Of a stretch of DNA of 64,000 nt, positions 19,485 through 30,291 are shown piece after piece; position 1 is the stretch's first letter; each line of letters begins with the position of its first letter. The notes under the pieces were generated by a model. It searched no databases. It was not told the DNA's origin and saw nothing but the letters and a program-made list of their open reading frames with translations. The stretch is from Candidatus Dormibacteria bacterium (GTDB lineage: Bacteria; Chloroflexota; Dormibacteria; Aeolococcales; Aeolococcaceae): positions 12,386 through 76,385 of the forward strand of contig JBMFXB010000002.1 in the NCBI GenBank assembly GCA_049964715.1, written 5' to 3'. Both the position numbers and the translations under genes were made by a program.

Positions 19485-20297
19485 CTACTGGACATAGTTA
19501 TTGAGATTAGATGGACCAACTGTTGCTGCACCTGTAAGTTGACCGTTCTGGTACAGCGAACCATTTGCAATGACAAAGCTCAGTATTGCTGATGGATCTG
19601 TAGCCTGCAGATACTCAAATGCTGCAGCCTGTCCTGGAGACATTTCCACAATGATCACTGACGGGGTAGTCACAACTGGAGCAGCAGCAGTGGTCGAGGC
19701 TGTACCAGTTTTTGCTGCAGGTACTGCAGCTGCTGCAGCAAGGGTTTCATCAAGACTTCCCACCTTGAGTACCTTGATATCCTGGAAACCAAATGAAACA
19801 GGTGTTCCCTTGCCTCCAGCTTGAGTGAGAATATTGATGTAGTCACCCGGCTGGATGTAATAGCCAAGTCCGAGTGTCTTGCTTGTGGAAATCGCAACAG
19901 CAACATTACCAGGATCTGGAAACACACTGTCCGCTGCAGAAGGTACACCTGTAGCATTCGAAGTCACAAATGTCGATTGAAGAATTGTTCCTTGGGCAAT
20001 CTGGATTGCAGAGAATTTTCCAACAACACTCGCAGCTGTTGAAAATACTGTGCCCTGGGGAAGGACAGACTGTGGCACCTTCTTGACAGCCACCATGCTT
20101 GCTGAGAGTGACGTTCCCTGCGGAATGCTTGTGGTCGCCACGACGACGCTCACAGTTGGTCCCTGCACGGAACCTGTGGACGTGGCAGCAGCTTTCGGAG
20201 CATGTCCTTGAGACAATGCAAGTGCAAATCCACCTGCTGCCACAACTGCGGCAATGATTGCAATGAGAATCCTTCTGCTCTGTCCACCTTGATTCAC
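19485..20297 (-). CDS. CpaB/RcpC-like protein (second paralogue)
   Basis: TM segment ILIAIIAAVVAAGGFALAL followed by a SAF-like region (SIPQGTSLSASMVAVKKVPQSVLPQGTV). GTG start with AAGGAG 6 nt upstream. Confidence 0.65.
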   Translation of the reverse strand: MNQGGQSRRILIAIIAAVVAAGGFALALSQGHAPKAAATSTGSVQGPTVSVVVATTSIPQGTSLSASMVAVKKVPQSVLPQGTVFSTAASVVGKFSAIQIAQGTILQSTFVTSNATGVPSAADSVFPDPGNVAVAISTSKTLGLGYYIQPGDYINILTQAGGKGTPVSFGFQDIKVLKVGSLDETLAAAAAVPAAKTGTASTTAAAPVVTTPSVIIVEMSPGQAAAFEYLQATDPSAILSFVIANGSLYQNGQLTGAATVGPSNLNNYVQ

Positions 20298-20462
20298 TTA
20301 AATCTCCTTATGGATGGGCTGCAACCACACAGCGGTGCTTTCTCCTGCACCACTCTCAATCCTACGAGAGCCTTTCGTGAGACACGATGTTTTCACACAC
20401 TTGTCACCCGATCGCATCACGAGGAGAACGCGTGAATCCCCCCGCCAGCTATACTGCGTTCG

Positions 20463-21131
20463 ATGGCAGAAGAGAAAACCCGCTCCCGGATCTACCTTGT
20501 GCGACACTGCGATGTACACAACCCAGAGGGCATCATCTATGGTTTTCGACCTGGCACACACCTCAGTGCATACGGTGTTGCACAGGCACGCACACTTGGC
20601 ACATTCTTCAAACACCGTCCCATTGTGGCCATCATCACCAGTCCTCTGGAGCGTGCACAGGAAACAGCATCAATCATTGCTGATGCCCACACTCCACCAC
20701 TTTCCTTGACTGTTTCTGATGACCTACGCGAGGCAGATTTCAATAAGCACCTTGAGGGCATCAAGCGTCCCCTCATTCCTCTTCTTCGACCACTCTGGCT
20801 CATCCACCTGTTGGCACCCGGGCTCCTGCCCAATGATGAATCAGTGAATGCGCAGGCACAGCGGATGTTTCGTGCAATCCATACAGCTCAGGCAACGTAT
20901 CCGACAGGAGATGTCATCCTTGTCAGCCATGGGGACCCGATCCAATCCCTCTGGATAACAGCAACTCAACGATCCAGATACGCTATTCACCATCTCCAAT
21001 GTGCAAAAGGAGGCATGCTCATCCTCGATATCGCAGATGGTCCACGCATCAGCCTCCAGTACCTCTCACCCCTCGACATCCGCTACCGTGCAGCACACCC
21101 GGATTCACATGAAAAGTCACACGTACACTGA
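20463..21131 (+). CDS. Histidine phosphatase superfamily protein (phosphoglycerate mutase-like)
   Basis: RIYLVRHCDV...LSAYGVAQARTLG...SPLERAQETA matches the RHG-family catalytic core with Cys in place of Gly. Conserved His near the C-terminus (LVSHGD). Confidence 0.6.
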   Translation: MAEEKTRSRIYLVRHCDVHNPEGIIYGFRPGTHLSAYGVAQARTLGTFFKHRPIVAIITSPLERAQETASIIADAHTPPLSLTVSDDLREADFNKHLEGIKRPLIPLLRPLWLIHLLAPGLLPNDESVNAQAQRMFRAIHTAQATYPTGDVILVSHGDPIQSLWITATQRSRYAIHHLQCAKGGMLILDIADGPRISLQYLSPLDIRYRAAHPDSHEKSHVH

Positions 21132-22613
21132 CTACACATTCTGATGCTCACGTGGGGCACTATCTGTCAAAGGTGGTGTCTTTTGGGATTCTCCAGCAGG
21201 CAATGGTACATTGACACTCTGGGATGACCCGTTTGTCCTTGTTTTCTGGGACACCCTAATTGCCTTCTCCCTTTTGTCGAGAATGGGCTTGATGTACAGC
21301 TTCAGGATAATGCCCAGCATGATGAGAAAGAAGGAGACATACACGAGCGGGACCCCGCTGTCCTTGGAGATCTGGAAAAGGGAATACGGCTTCAGTGAAG
21401 TAAACGAAATTGTGAATGGTACAGAAGTGCCATTTGCACCTGGCAGCTGGAGTTTGAGTGTAGTGCCTAGTGGGAGATATACTTCCTGACCGTTCTGGAA
21501 GTACGGGACCATCTGTGAAACATCGAGAGTGTCAACATTCTGAGGCACGCCACTTGTCAGTCCCAGATTTCCTATAAAAAGCTGCATTCCAACAACGGGA
21601 TTGTTCGCGACTCCACCGCCTGGAGCATAGGTCGTCCCAATCGTGTTGAGCTGCCCCGAGTTCGTTACGGGCACAATGGGTCTCGCATCCGGCAACATCA
21701 CCATCTGGGCACCAACCTGAAGCGGGTGCTTTGCACCTGGAACTGTGTAGTTGAAATCCGGGACCTTGAGAACACAAGTTTCATCGGACTTGTTTTCACC
21801 AAAACACTCGATGGGACTACTGAACACGACCTGACCAGCAGGATTGCGTACAGTGATGACAGGTGCCCACCCATAGTCCTGCTGGTAAATGTGGATTCCA
21901 TCAATAGCAAGGTAATGGTTCACTTCGACATTGCGTGTCAAAATTGGCTTCCCATGCTGATATACAGTGAGGGAACTCTTGTAGAGGCTTGCCACTCCTC
22001 CAGCTCCGTACTTCGCAACAAAACTGTTCAAGTGAAGCTGGAGATTCGTGTGGTATCCGTTCGAGAGGACACCCTGGTCAAGTGAGTCATAGGACGCAGC
22101 AGCCTCAGTGACAGTCTGACCCTGAATAATCGTGAGAAGGCCATCAAAGCCTGTCGCCTTTCCCCAGATTGCTGCAATGAGGATGAGAAAGAAGGAAGTA
22201 TGAAAGAGCCAGCTTCCCCACTCTCCCCAGTACTGGGCATTCCTCTTGTATCCACGAACTGTGCGCACAATAAGAGCCTGGCCACGCCGCAATACACACC
22301 AGCCAAGTGACAGATAGAGAGCTGCAACAAGGGCGTAGAACAGCGGGGAAACAAATACTGAGGTGAGCGGTAGACCAATCGCTGAAGCAAGGCTATTTAG
22401 GTGCTGGTGAGATGCAAGAAATGAGTCAACGAGTGTTTGTGAGTCCGTATTCTGCTGCGGAACAAATGCTCCAACAAGGGTAATGGCAATTATTGCAATC
22501 AGGAAATAGATCGCTGTTCGCATCCTGGTGAATTCATGCCAGAACTTCAACCAGTACCGCAGTACTCGTGGAGTATGTCTGCGCTTCGCAATAGCGTGCG
22601 TTGTCACCTTCAA
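21132..22613 (-). CDS. ResB/Ccs1-like cytochrome c biogenesis protein (putative)
   Basis: N-terminus YWLKFWHEFTRMRTAIYFLIAIIAITLVG resembles the ResB N-terminal motif. Topology is N-terminal TMs, a large extracytoplasmic domain and a C-terminal TM (LVYVSFFLIMLGIIL). No ccsA/resC is adjacent. Confidence 0.5.
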   Translation of the reverse strand: MKVTTHAIAKRRHTPRVLRYWLKFWHEFTRMRTAIYFLIAIIAITLVGAFVPQQNTDSQTLVDSFLASHQHLNSLASAIGLPLTSVFVSPLFYALVAALYLSLGWCVLRRGQALIVRTVRGYKRNAQYWGEWGSWLFHTSFFLILIAAIWGKATGFDGLLTIIQGQTVTEAAASYDSLDQGVLSNGYHTNLQLHLNSFVAKYGAGGVASLYKSSLTVYQHGKPILTRNVEVNHYLAIDGIHIYQQDYGWAPVITVRNPAGQVVFSSPIECFGENKSDETCVLKVPDFNYTVPGAKHPLQVGAQMVMLPDARPIVPVTNSGQLNTIGTTYAPGGGVANNPVVGMQLFIGNLGLTSGVPQNVDTLDVSQMVPYFQNGQEVYLPLGTTLKLQLPGANGTSVPFTISFTSLKPYSLFQISKDSGVPLVYVSFFLIMLGIILKLYIKPILDKREKAIRVSQKTRTNGSSQSVNVPLPAGESQKTPPLTDSAPREHQNV

Positions 22614-22672
22614 CCCCTCCTACACCTGCACTTCTCCCACTCTACGCTACCAAGCTCAAGCAGTGCAGTCAG

Positions 22673-24202
22673 TTACGGAGTAGCAATGCGAACTAGCAGT
22701 GAATCCCTCGCAGACAGTGCAAGGTGATACACCACGGGAACAAAGACGCCAAAGAGGACTGTTGCCACAACTCCAAGACCCACTACCACTGCACCAACCC
22801 GTGCTGGTGCAAACCAGGAATCAACTTCTCTGTGTTCACTCTCCTGTGGAGTGTAGAGAATGAGGATGACACGAATGTAGTAGAAGATCGATATTGCGCT
22901 CGTGAGAACACCCCAGATGGCAAGGGCAATCTGTCCATTCTGTATGGCACTTGAAAAGACGAAGAACTTCCCCCAGAACCCAAGAAGAGGGGGAAACCCG
23001 GCAAGCGAAAGGAGTGAGAGTGAAATCATTGCTGCAACATAGGGATGCTCATGCCCAAGTCCTCTCAGTGCACGGTACGAAGAAGAATCGTCATCGCCCT
23101 TTGCCACGAGCATTACTCCTGCGAGAACACCAAATGTGCTAAGCGTATATGCAGCCAAGTAGACCAGCACACCAGCAATCGCAGCACTTCCCGAAACTGC
23201 AACTCCGATGAGCATGTACCCTGCCTGGGCAATACCAGAGTATGCAAGCATACGCTTGATGTTCGTCTGCCGCAGTGCTACAAGGTTACCGATGAGCATC
23301 GACAGTATCGAGATTGCGGATACTGCAATTTCCCAGTGGGTGTACAAGGGTGTAAGGGCCACACTGAAAATGCGCAGGATGGCTGCAAATGCAGCAACTT
23401 TCGTTGCAACACTCATGAAAGCAGTGACTGCAAGTGGAGCACCTTCATACACATCGGGAGTCCACATATGAAATGGAGCTGCACTGACCTTGAAGCCAAG
23501 TCCAACAAACACAAGTACTATCCCTGTCAACAACAGTGGATCCACTGTCTGCAAATCTGATGCAACAACCTGGGCAATTGCCGGAAGCTGAGTGTGACCT
23601 GTCTCACCATAGACAAGAGCCATGCCCATAAGCAAAATTGCTGAAGCAAAACCTCCCATGAGAAAGTACTTGAATCCCGCTTCCTGCGATTTCGTGTTTC
23701 CACGCCGGAAACCTGACAAAAGATACAAGGCAAGTGACAACAATTCGATGGACAAAAAGACCATCATGAGGCTTTCTGAGGATCCCAGAAACATCATTCC
23801 TGCACTTGCTGCGAGTATGAGTGAATAAAACTCACCATGATGAATCTTCTGGCGTTCCAAATATGAGGGACTGAGTGCAATGACAAAAAGCGCTGCAAGA
23901 AGAATGAGTCCATTGATGAAGAGACCAAAACGGTCATATGAAAACGACTCTGCATACACAGAGATCTGTTGACTCCCAACTGTTACCCAATCAGCAATAG
24001 TGACGATACCAGCAGCAAGCAGCACAAGGAGTGACCATACTGCGAGCCATGTCCTTCTGGATGGAGGAACTAGCGTGTCAAGAATCATTGTGATAATGAA
24101 CCCACCCCCGACAATGAGTTCCGGCAAGAGATGAACCACATCAGACCCTGATGGGAATTGAAGTGCGGGAAGTGTGGCTGCGAGCATGTGCGCGAGGGTC
24201 AT
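22673..24202 (-). CDS. nuoN: NADH-quinone oxidoreductase subunit N
   Basis: 509 aa polytopic antiporter-like subunit. Last gene of the nuo operon; overlaps nuoM by 4 nt. Confidence 0.85.
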   Translation of the reverse strand: MTLAHMLAATLPALQFPSGSDVVHLLPELIVGGGFIITMILDTLVPPSRRTWLAVWSLLVLLAAGIVTIADWVTVGSQQISVYAESFSYDRFGLFINGLILLAALFVIALSPSYLERQKIHHGEFYSLILAASAGMMFLGSSESLMMVFLSIELLSLALYLLSGFRRGNTKSQEAGFKYFLMGGFASAILLMGMALVYGETGHTQLPAIAQVVASDLQTVDPLLLTGIVLVFVGLGFKVSAAPFHMWTPDVYEGAPLAVTAFMSVATKVAAFAAILRIFSVALTPLYTHWEIAVSAISILSMLIGNLVALRQTNIKRMLAYSGIAQAGYMLIGVAVSGSAAIAGVLVYLAAYTLSTFGVLAGVMLVAKGDDDSSSYRALRGLGHEHPYVAAMISLSLLSLAGFPPLLGFWGKFFVFSSAIQNGQIALAIWGVLTSAISIFYYIRVILILYTPQESEHREVDSWFAPARVGAVVVGLGVVATVLFGVFVPVVYHLALSARDSLLVRIATP

Positions 24203-25782
24203 GCATGCACCTCATGAGTCATTTGGGTTGGTGATGTGATGGCTGAGGCATGCTGCGTATGAGAGGTAGTAATGTACTGCTGGACACTGCCCTGATCGAG
24301 CTGCCCCACGATGTTCGGAAAGAGTCCAAGAACAATCATCAATGCGCAAAGGGGAATGAGAACCCACCGCTCGGGAAGTCGAAGATCAGCAATGCCCTCC
24401 TTTGTTCCCTTGTGGAGTGGGTCATGCATGAGTCCCTGATGGAGACGAAGCATGTACCAGGCTGCAAGAACAACACCGATGCCGGCAACGACTGCGAGGA
24501 TCCAGTTTGCTTCGAAAGCTCCAAGCATGATCATGAACTCGCCTGCAAATCCATTGAGTCCGGGCATGCCAAGAGCAGCAAGCGCTGTAATCATAAAGAG
24601 GAAATACATCCACGGCATTGCCTTTTCCAGTCCTGACATGAGAGCACGGTCACGGGTACCTGTACGCACTTCAATGAACTCCATGATAATGAAGAGTGCA
24701 GCAATGATTATTCCGTGATTGATGACCTGCAGTATGGCACCATGCAACCCGATTACAGTCATGGCAAAGACACCAAGTGAAATAAAACCAAGATGACTAA
24801 TGCTTGAATAGGCAACGATACGCTTGATATCCACCTCTTGAAGTGCCATGAAGGCACCGTAGAGAATAGAAACAAGTGCAAGGACGAGGAGGAGTCCCTG
24901 AAAATCGTGCATTGCATGAGGAAAGAGGGTCATTGCATATCGAATGAATCCGTATATACCAAGCTTGCTTACAATCCCTGCAAAGAATGTGAGTCCACTT
25001 GCAGGCAGTGACTCATAGAGATCTGGCAGCCATGTGTGGAATGGTACTAGCGGCACCTTGATGGCAAATGCAAGTGCGAATGCAAGAAAGGCAAATTGAT
25101 CTGGTGTAAGGAGTCTCCACCCCAGTCCTGGAACAGTAACTACACTTTGTCCAGTAGTCTGACGTGCAGCGATAGCTTCGTAATTGAACGATCCTCCTGC
25201 TTGTGTATGGAGGTAGATGATGGCAAGTAGCATGAGAAGACTTCCTGCAACGGTATACCCAATGAACTTGATCGTTGCCCTGTGTCGCTTTTCGTTGCCA
25301 AAACTGCTGAGAAGAAAATACAGCGGCAAGAGCATTCCTTCCCAGAACAGGTAGAACAACAGGAGGTCTGTACTGAGAATAACTCCAGCAGTTGCAGCCT
25401 CAGTGAGAATCAGGAGACCAAAGAAAAGCTTCGGCCGATCAATACCGCGCACCATGGCAACGACAACTCCCAGAAGAAACACCACTGCATTGAGAGCAAG
25501 AAACCATGCAGAAAGTCCATCGAGACCGAGTCGATATGATGCGCCAATCTGTGGAAGCCATTGAACATCTTCGACATATCTGAAGGAGATTGGAGATCCT
25601 GTGACTGTGGCCTGACTAAAATTCAGAAGAAGGCCCAGAACAACAAATCCAGTCGCCAGAGCTGCAATGAGTGCAAAGGTCTTGATGAGCCACGCCTCAC
25701 GACGAGGAGTGCACAGTATTGCCAGGGCCCCGATAACCGGAATGAGCAGAACAAGTGTAAGCCATGAAAATCCCGAAGTCAT
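24199..25782 (-). CDS. nuoM: NADH-quinone oxidoreductase subunit M
   Basis: 527 aa antiporter-like subunit, position and similarity. Confidence 0.85.
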   Translation of the reverse strand: MTSGFSWLTLVLLIPVIGALAILCTPRREAWLIKTFALIAALATGFVVLGLLLNFSQATVTGSPISFRYVEDVQWLPQIGASYRLGLDGLSAWFLALNAVVFLLGVVVAMVRGIDRPKLFFGLLILTEAATAGVILSTDLLLFYLFWEGMLLPLYFLLSSFGNEKRHRATIKFIGYTVAGSLLMLLAIIYLHTQAGGSFNYEAIAARQTTGQSVVTVPGLGWRLLTPDQFAFLAFALAFAIKVPLVPFHTWLPDLYESLPASGLTFFAGIVSKLGIYGFIRYAMTLFPHAMHDFQGLLLVLALVSILYGAFMALQEVDIKRIVAYSSISHLGFISLGVFAMTVIGLHGAILQVINHGIIIAALFIIMEFIEVRTGTRDRALMSGLEKAMPWMYFLFMITALAALGMPGLNGFAGEFMIMLGAFEANWILAVVAGIGVVLAAWYMLRLHQGLMHDPLHKGTKEGIADLRLPERWVLIPLCALMIVLGLFPNIVGQLDQGSVQQYITTSHTQHASAITSPTQMTHEVHA

Positions 25783-27761
25783 CGGACAACAACCCCCACG
25801 ATAATGATGACAAAGAGCACTGCGAAAAATACCATGTACGCGATGTAGTCACGTATGAGACCACTCTGGAAAGGCTGAAGTGTGTTACCGAGATCATCTA
25901 CTCCAATCCCCACACCTTCGACCCAACCATCCATGATATCCGGCTCAATGAGTTTCCTGCACCACAGAGCAAAAGCTCGAAGAGGACGTACAAGAATTGC
26001 ATCATACAGTTCGTCGAAATAGAACTTGTGCAGTGACAGCTGGGTAAGGAATCTTGGTATGCGATTTGCAACTGTCTCGGCATCCGGATCACGATGGAGC
26101 CAGAGTCGAAGTGCTGCTCCAACACCAATGAGGCTCATCGCCGTGCCGACAAGCATGCCAATCCACCCCGTTGCTGCACTGGGCTCATGGGCAAGTGGAC
26201 CACTGGTGATCGAAGTAAAGACTGGAGAGAGAAACTGGGCAAAGTCCTGCACGCGAACTGTACCAAAGGTTATCGGCCACCAGAGAAAGATGCCTGCAAT
26301 TGCACTGAGGACAGCAAGTGTGACAACAGGAAACAGCATGATCTTCGGTGCCTCATGAGCTGCAGCTGGACGTGCAGTCTGTGGCTCTCCCTTGAAGACG
26401 AGAGCCCACAGACGAAACGCATAGAGACCAGTCAAAACATTGATACATACCCCAATGATGTAGAGGATGAGTGCAAAATGCCCTGGACCATTGAGGATGC
26501 CATAGCCCAGGAGGTTTTCCTTGCTGAACCAGCCTGCAAACAGAGGAATGCCAGAGAGGGCTAGTGAACCTATGAGAAATGACTTTTCCGTTATCTTGAG
26601 CTTCCTGCCAAGCCCCCCCATCACGCGAATGTCCTGCTCATCATGCATCGCATGGATGACATTCCCTGCCCCAAGAAAGAGGAGAGCCTTGAAAAAGGCA
26701 TGTGTTACCAGGTGATACATACCTGCTGCATATGCCCCCATTCCCACTGCATAGATCATGAGTCCAATCTGTGACATCGTGGAGTACGCAATGACACGCT
26801 TGATATCTACTTGGCTTAGGGCAATGATGCCTGCCATGAAAGAGGTCCCAATTCCAACGCATGCAACAAGTCCCTGGATGATGGGAGCACGATCGAAGAG
26901 TGGATGAAATCTGGCAATAAGATAAACCCCTGCAGTTACCATCGTGGCAGCATGAATGAGTGCTGACACTGGAGTTGGGCCCTCCATGGCATCAGGAAGC
27001 CATGTGTGAAGGGGAAATTGGGCACTCTTTGCAAATGCGCCTATGGCTAGAAGCAAGCATATCCATGTGGTCGTAGCCCCACCATACTGGAACGATGCAA
27101 CATTCCTGAAAATCGTAGGAATGCTCATCGAGTAGATATGCGTCCCAATCGGGTTCATGACATTGGTCACGATAAGAAATGATGCAATGACAAGTGCAAC
27201 GTCCCCGATGACCTGGGTAATGAACGCTTTCCTTGCTGCCACGACTGCACTTGGACGGTCATACCAGAAGCCAATGAGAAAGTAACTACTCACAGCTACG
27301 AGAGCCCAACCAATAATGAGGAACACCAGATCTGCTGCCAATACGAGAAACAGCATGGAAAACACGAAGAAGTTCATGTAGGAGAAGAAGCGTGCTACTC
27401 CTTCATCGTGTTCCATGTAGCCGACGCTGTAGACATGGATGAGAAATCCTACACCAGTCACTACAAGAAGCATGATGATGGACAGCTGATCTACTGTAGC
27501 CTGAAATGCAACTGACAGGGAGCCGCCAACGACATACCAGTTCCATAGCGTTACAGTGACTGCGCGATGAGAGCTTGCTGCCGTGAGCATCACAATGAAC
27601 GCAATCACACTCACACCAAAGGCAGCGCCAATTGAAGTTGTACCCACAATGTTGACAAGTCCACGTCGCTTGGCAGAGCCGAATGCTGCATTGATGAGCG
27701 ATCCCAGAAGTGGAAACCCAAGGACGAGAAGCACGACAATAGTGACAAATCCCTGACTCAT
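25779..27761 (-). CDS. nuoL: NADH-quinone oxidoreductase subunit L
   Basis: 660 aa antiporter-like subunit with long C-terminal extension. Confidence 0.85.
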   Translation of the reverse strand: MSQGFVTIVVLLVLGFPLLGSLINAAFGSAKRRGLVNIVGTTSIGAAFGVSVIAFIVMLTAASSHRAVTVTLWNWYVVGGSLSVAFQATVDQLSIIMLLVVTGVGFLIHVYSVGYMEHDEGVARFFSYMNFFVFSMLFLVLAADLVFLIIGWALVAVSSYFLIGFWYDRPSAVVAARKAFITQVIGDVALVIASFLIVTNVMNPIGTHIYSMSIPTIFRNVASFQYGGATTTWICLLLAIGAFAKSAQFPLHTWLPDAMEGPTPVSALIHAATMVTAGVYLIARFHPLFDRAPIIQGLVACVGIGTSFMAGIIALSQVDIKRVIAYSTMSQIGLMIYAVGMGAYAAGMYHLVTHAFFKALLFLGAGNVIHAMHDEQDIRVMGGLGRKLKITEKSFLIGSLALSGIPLFAGWFSKENLLGYGILNGPGHFALILYIIGVCINVLTGLYAFRLWALVFKGEPQTARPAAAHEAPKIMLFPVVTLAVLSAIAGIFLWWPITFGTVRVQDFAQFLSPVFTSITSGPLAHEPSAATGWIGMLVGTAMSLIGVGAALRLWLHRDPDAETVANRIPRFLTQLSLHKFYFDELYDAILVRPLRAFALWCRKLIEPDIMDGWVEGVGIGVDDLGNTLQPFQSGLIRDYIAYMVFFAVLFVIIIVGVVVR

Positions 27762-27765
27762 TGCT

Positions 27766-28074
27766 TTAGTCCTTCATCTCATCAAGACGGTCCACATCGA
27801 GCGTGTGCTCAACACGGAATATTCTTGTTACCATTGCCAGTCCAACTACGACTTCAGCAGCTGCCACAACGATCACCATGAAGGCGAAAATTTGGCCACC
27901 AAGACTGTTGAGTGCTCGTCCGTACGCAACAAGCACGAGATTCACGGAATTGAGCATCAGCTCAACTGACATGAAAACGACAAGTGGATTTCTTCGGATA
28001 AGGACACCTGTAGCTCCAATCATGAAGAGGAGAGTGCCCAGAAACAAAAGGAATTGAAAATCTCCAGTACTCAC
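27766..28074 (-). CDS. nuoK: NADH-quinone oxidoreductase subunit K
   Basis: 102 aa, 3-TM subunit. Confidence 0.85.
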   Translation of the reverse strand: MSTGDFQFLLFLGTLLFMIGATGVLIRRNPLVVFMSVELMLNSVNLVLVAYGRALNSLGGQIFAFMVIVVAAAEVVVGLAMVTRIFRVEHTLDVDRLDEMKD

Positions 28075-28625
28075 AGTCCTTTCCTCGCATGATGGGTAAG
28101 ATATACTGCTCCAGCTGCAGCTACGAGAAGGAGCAGGGATGACACTTCAAATGGCAGCAGGTACTTCGTGAACAGCTCACCCGCAATGGTTTGGACATTG
28201 CCGTGCGCATTCACGGCCTGCTCTGTGAATGCAAATGATGAGGCATGAGAAACAGTGCCCACAACGGCTCCCCTGATATGTCCGTTCTGTATCACTGCAG
28301 TACTCCCGGCCATTGTCCAGACTCCCACTGCTGCAATAATCGATGCAAGTACTCCCAGCACCATATGCCAATCCACTCGTGGGCGTTCCTCTGATCGGGG
28401 ATTGAGTAGGGCAATGATAAACACAAAGAGCACCATCACTGCACCTGCATACACAATGATCTGAACTGCAAAGAGAAACTGCGCATTGAGGATAAGGAAG
28501 ATCACGGAAAGTGCACAAATAGTCACAACGAGGCTGAGTGCCGAATACAGTGCATGTGATGACCAGATAAGTGAGATGGCTGAGATAACTGCAATCGCAC
28601 CAACGAACCAGAGAGCCCAGTTCAT
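28071..28625 (-). CDS. nuoJ: NADH-quinone oxidoreductase subunit J
   Basis: 184 aa membrane subunit. Confidence 0.8.
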   Translation of the reverse strand: MNWALWFVGAIAVISAISLIWSSHALYSALSLVVTICALSVIFLILNAQFLFAVQIIVYAGAVMVLFVFIIALLNPRSEERPRVDWHMVLGVLASIIAAVGVWTMAGSTAVIQNGHIRGAVVGTVSHASSFAFTEQAVNAHGNVQTIAGELFTKYLLPFEVSSLLLLVAAAGAVYLTHHARKGL

Positions 28626-29260
28626 TCGCGTTCTCCTTCACTCTTTCCAACCCTTTTCACAGTTGGAGGTGTTATTTCGAGCCCTCCATGTCCTGGGGTT
28701 GCATCGTCAGGATGAACATGAGAATCCTCGAATGCATCCCACGCCTTGACTGGATCCACTCCCGTTTCGAGCTGTTCATGACCACGCTGATCTGCTCCTG
28801 CACCGAGAGTACTTGGCTTCTTTCCACCTGACGTGAATGATGGCCATGACTCGAGGAGTTCAGCTTTTGTCACAACAGTGTGTTCCCGCCTGTAATCTGC
28901 AAGGTCATACCGTGGTCCAAGTGTGATTGCTTCCGTTGGACACGCCTCTGCACAGTATCCACAATAGATACACCGCATGAGGTTGATCTCGTATCGGGCA
29001 GCATACCGTTCCCCAGGCGACACTGGATGCTCCGGATCGTTCTCTGCAGGCAGAACGTATATGCAACCAACAGGGCATGCAGCAGAACACAGTTCACAGC
29101 CAATGCACCTCTCCAGGCCATTATCGTATCGATGGAGCATATGCCGCCCTCGATGCCGAGGAAACGTGGGCTTCTGCTCCTCAGGATAGTTCAGTGTAAT
29201 TGGTTTTCTGAACATCTGTCGGAGTGTAAAGGCCATGCCTTGTGCAATCTCTTTCAGCAT
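28622..29260 (-). CDS. nuoI: NADH-quinone oxidoreductase subunit I (2x[4Fe-4S])
   Basis: Two ferredoxin motifs, CIGCELCSAACP and CIYCGYCAEACP. Start trimmed to MLKEIAQG to remove overlap with nuoH; the ORF extends to 29347. Confidence 0.85.
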   Translation of the reverse strand: MLKEIAQGMAFTLRQMFRKPITLNYPEEQKPTFPRHRGRHMLHRYDNGLERCIGCELCSAACPVGCIYVLPAENDPEHPVSPGERYAARYEINLMRCIYCGYCAEACPTEAITLGPRYDLADYRREHTVVTKAELLESWPSFTSGGKKPSTLGAGADQRGHEQLETGVDPVKAWDAFEDSHVHPDDATPGHGGLEITPPTVKRVGKSEGERE

Positions 29261-29271
29261 CCCCCTACTCC

Positions 29272-30291
29272 TTATGCTGCTCGAAGCGCAATGACCACAC
29301 CGGTAACGATGATGTTCGCAAGTCCGAGGGGAAGGAGCACCTTCCACCCGAAATTCATGAGCCTATCATATCGGAACCGAGGCAATGTAAATCTGATCCA
29401 GATCATCGTGAAGAGAAGAACAGCTATCTTCACGAGATACCAAATGACACCCGGTACAAATGACAAGAATGCAAACGGTGGAAGCCATCCCCCAAGGAAC
29501 AACGTTGTTGCGATCGAGCAGATGATCACCATATTGATGTATTCAGCAAGGAAGTAAAAGGCAAAACGCATTGATGAATACTCAGTATGGTACCCAGCAC
29601 CGAGTTCAGACTCTGCCTCTGGCAGGTCAAATGGAAGTCTGTTTCCTTCAGCGAGCCCTGCAATGAAGTACAGGAAGAAGGCTAGAGGTTGGACAAATAT
29701 AAACCACAATCCTGACTGCTTCATGACAATCTGCTCGAGATCAAGGGATCCCGACAAAATGACCACTCCCATGATTGCAAAGGCTACTGCCATTTCATAT
29801 GACACAAGCTGGGCAGCAGATCGAAGGCCGCCGAGAAGTGAGTATTTACTGTTTGCAGCATATCCGCCAAGGAAGAGTGAGTACACTCCGAGTGATGTCA
29901 TGGCAAGGATGAACAGCAGGCCAACATTGACGTGAATAAGATCCCAGTGCAATGTGTATGACCCAATTGTTGTTGGACCATTTACTGGAATTGCTGCAAA
30001 AGCAAAAATTGCGACAGAGCCAGCAATGCTTGGTGCAAGGAGAAACAGGAACCGCTCCCGCCCCTTGGGTGCAGTGTTCTCCTTGAAGAAGAGCTTTACA
30101 ACATCAGCAAGTGGCTGCAGAAGGCCCAGTGGGCCAACACGATTTGGACCACGACGCAGTTGGATCCGGGCACTCACTTTCCGTTCTGCATAGGACATGT
30201 ATGCAGCAGCAGTCGCAACAAAGATGAGAATGATGACTGCCTTGAGAACAACGATTCCCACCCATCCCCAGAAGGAAACTGCTCCTACCAT
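29272..30291 (-). CDS. nuoH: NADH-quinone oxidoreductase subunit H
   Basis: 339 aa membrane subunit. Confidence 0.85.
   Translation of the reverse strand: MVGAVSFWGWVGIVVLKAVIILIFVATAAAYMSYAERKVSARIQLRRGPNRVGPLGLLQPLADVVKLFFKENTAPKGRERFLFLLAPSIAGSVAIFAFAAIPVNGPTTIGSYTLHWDLIHVNVGLLFILAMTSLGVYSLFLGGYAANSKYSLLGGLRSAAQLVSYEMAVAFAIMGVVILSGSLDLEQIVMKQSGLWFIFVQPLAFFLYFIAGLAEGNRLPFDLPEAESELGAGYHTEYSSMRFAFYFLAEYINMVIICSIATTLFLGGWLPPFAFLSFVPGVIWYLVKIAVLLFTMIWIRFTLPRFRYDRLMNFGWKVLLPLGLANIIVTGVVIALRAA

Noticed and set aside
28177-28650. 157-aa Cys-rich ORF overlapping nuoJ in another frame on the same strand.
   Set aside because: It is fully nested in nuoJ. The Cys richness comes from the TGC/TGT content of the alternative frame, and it has no start context.
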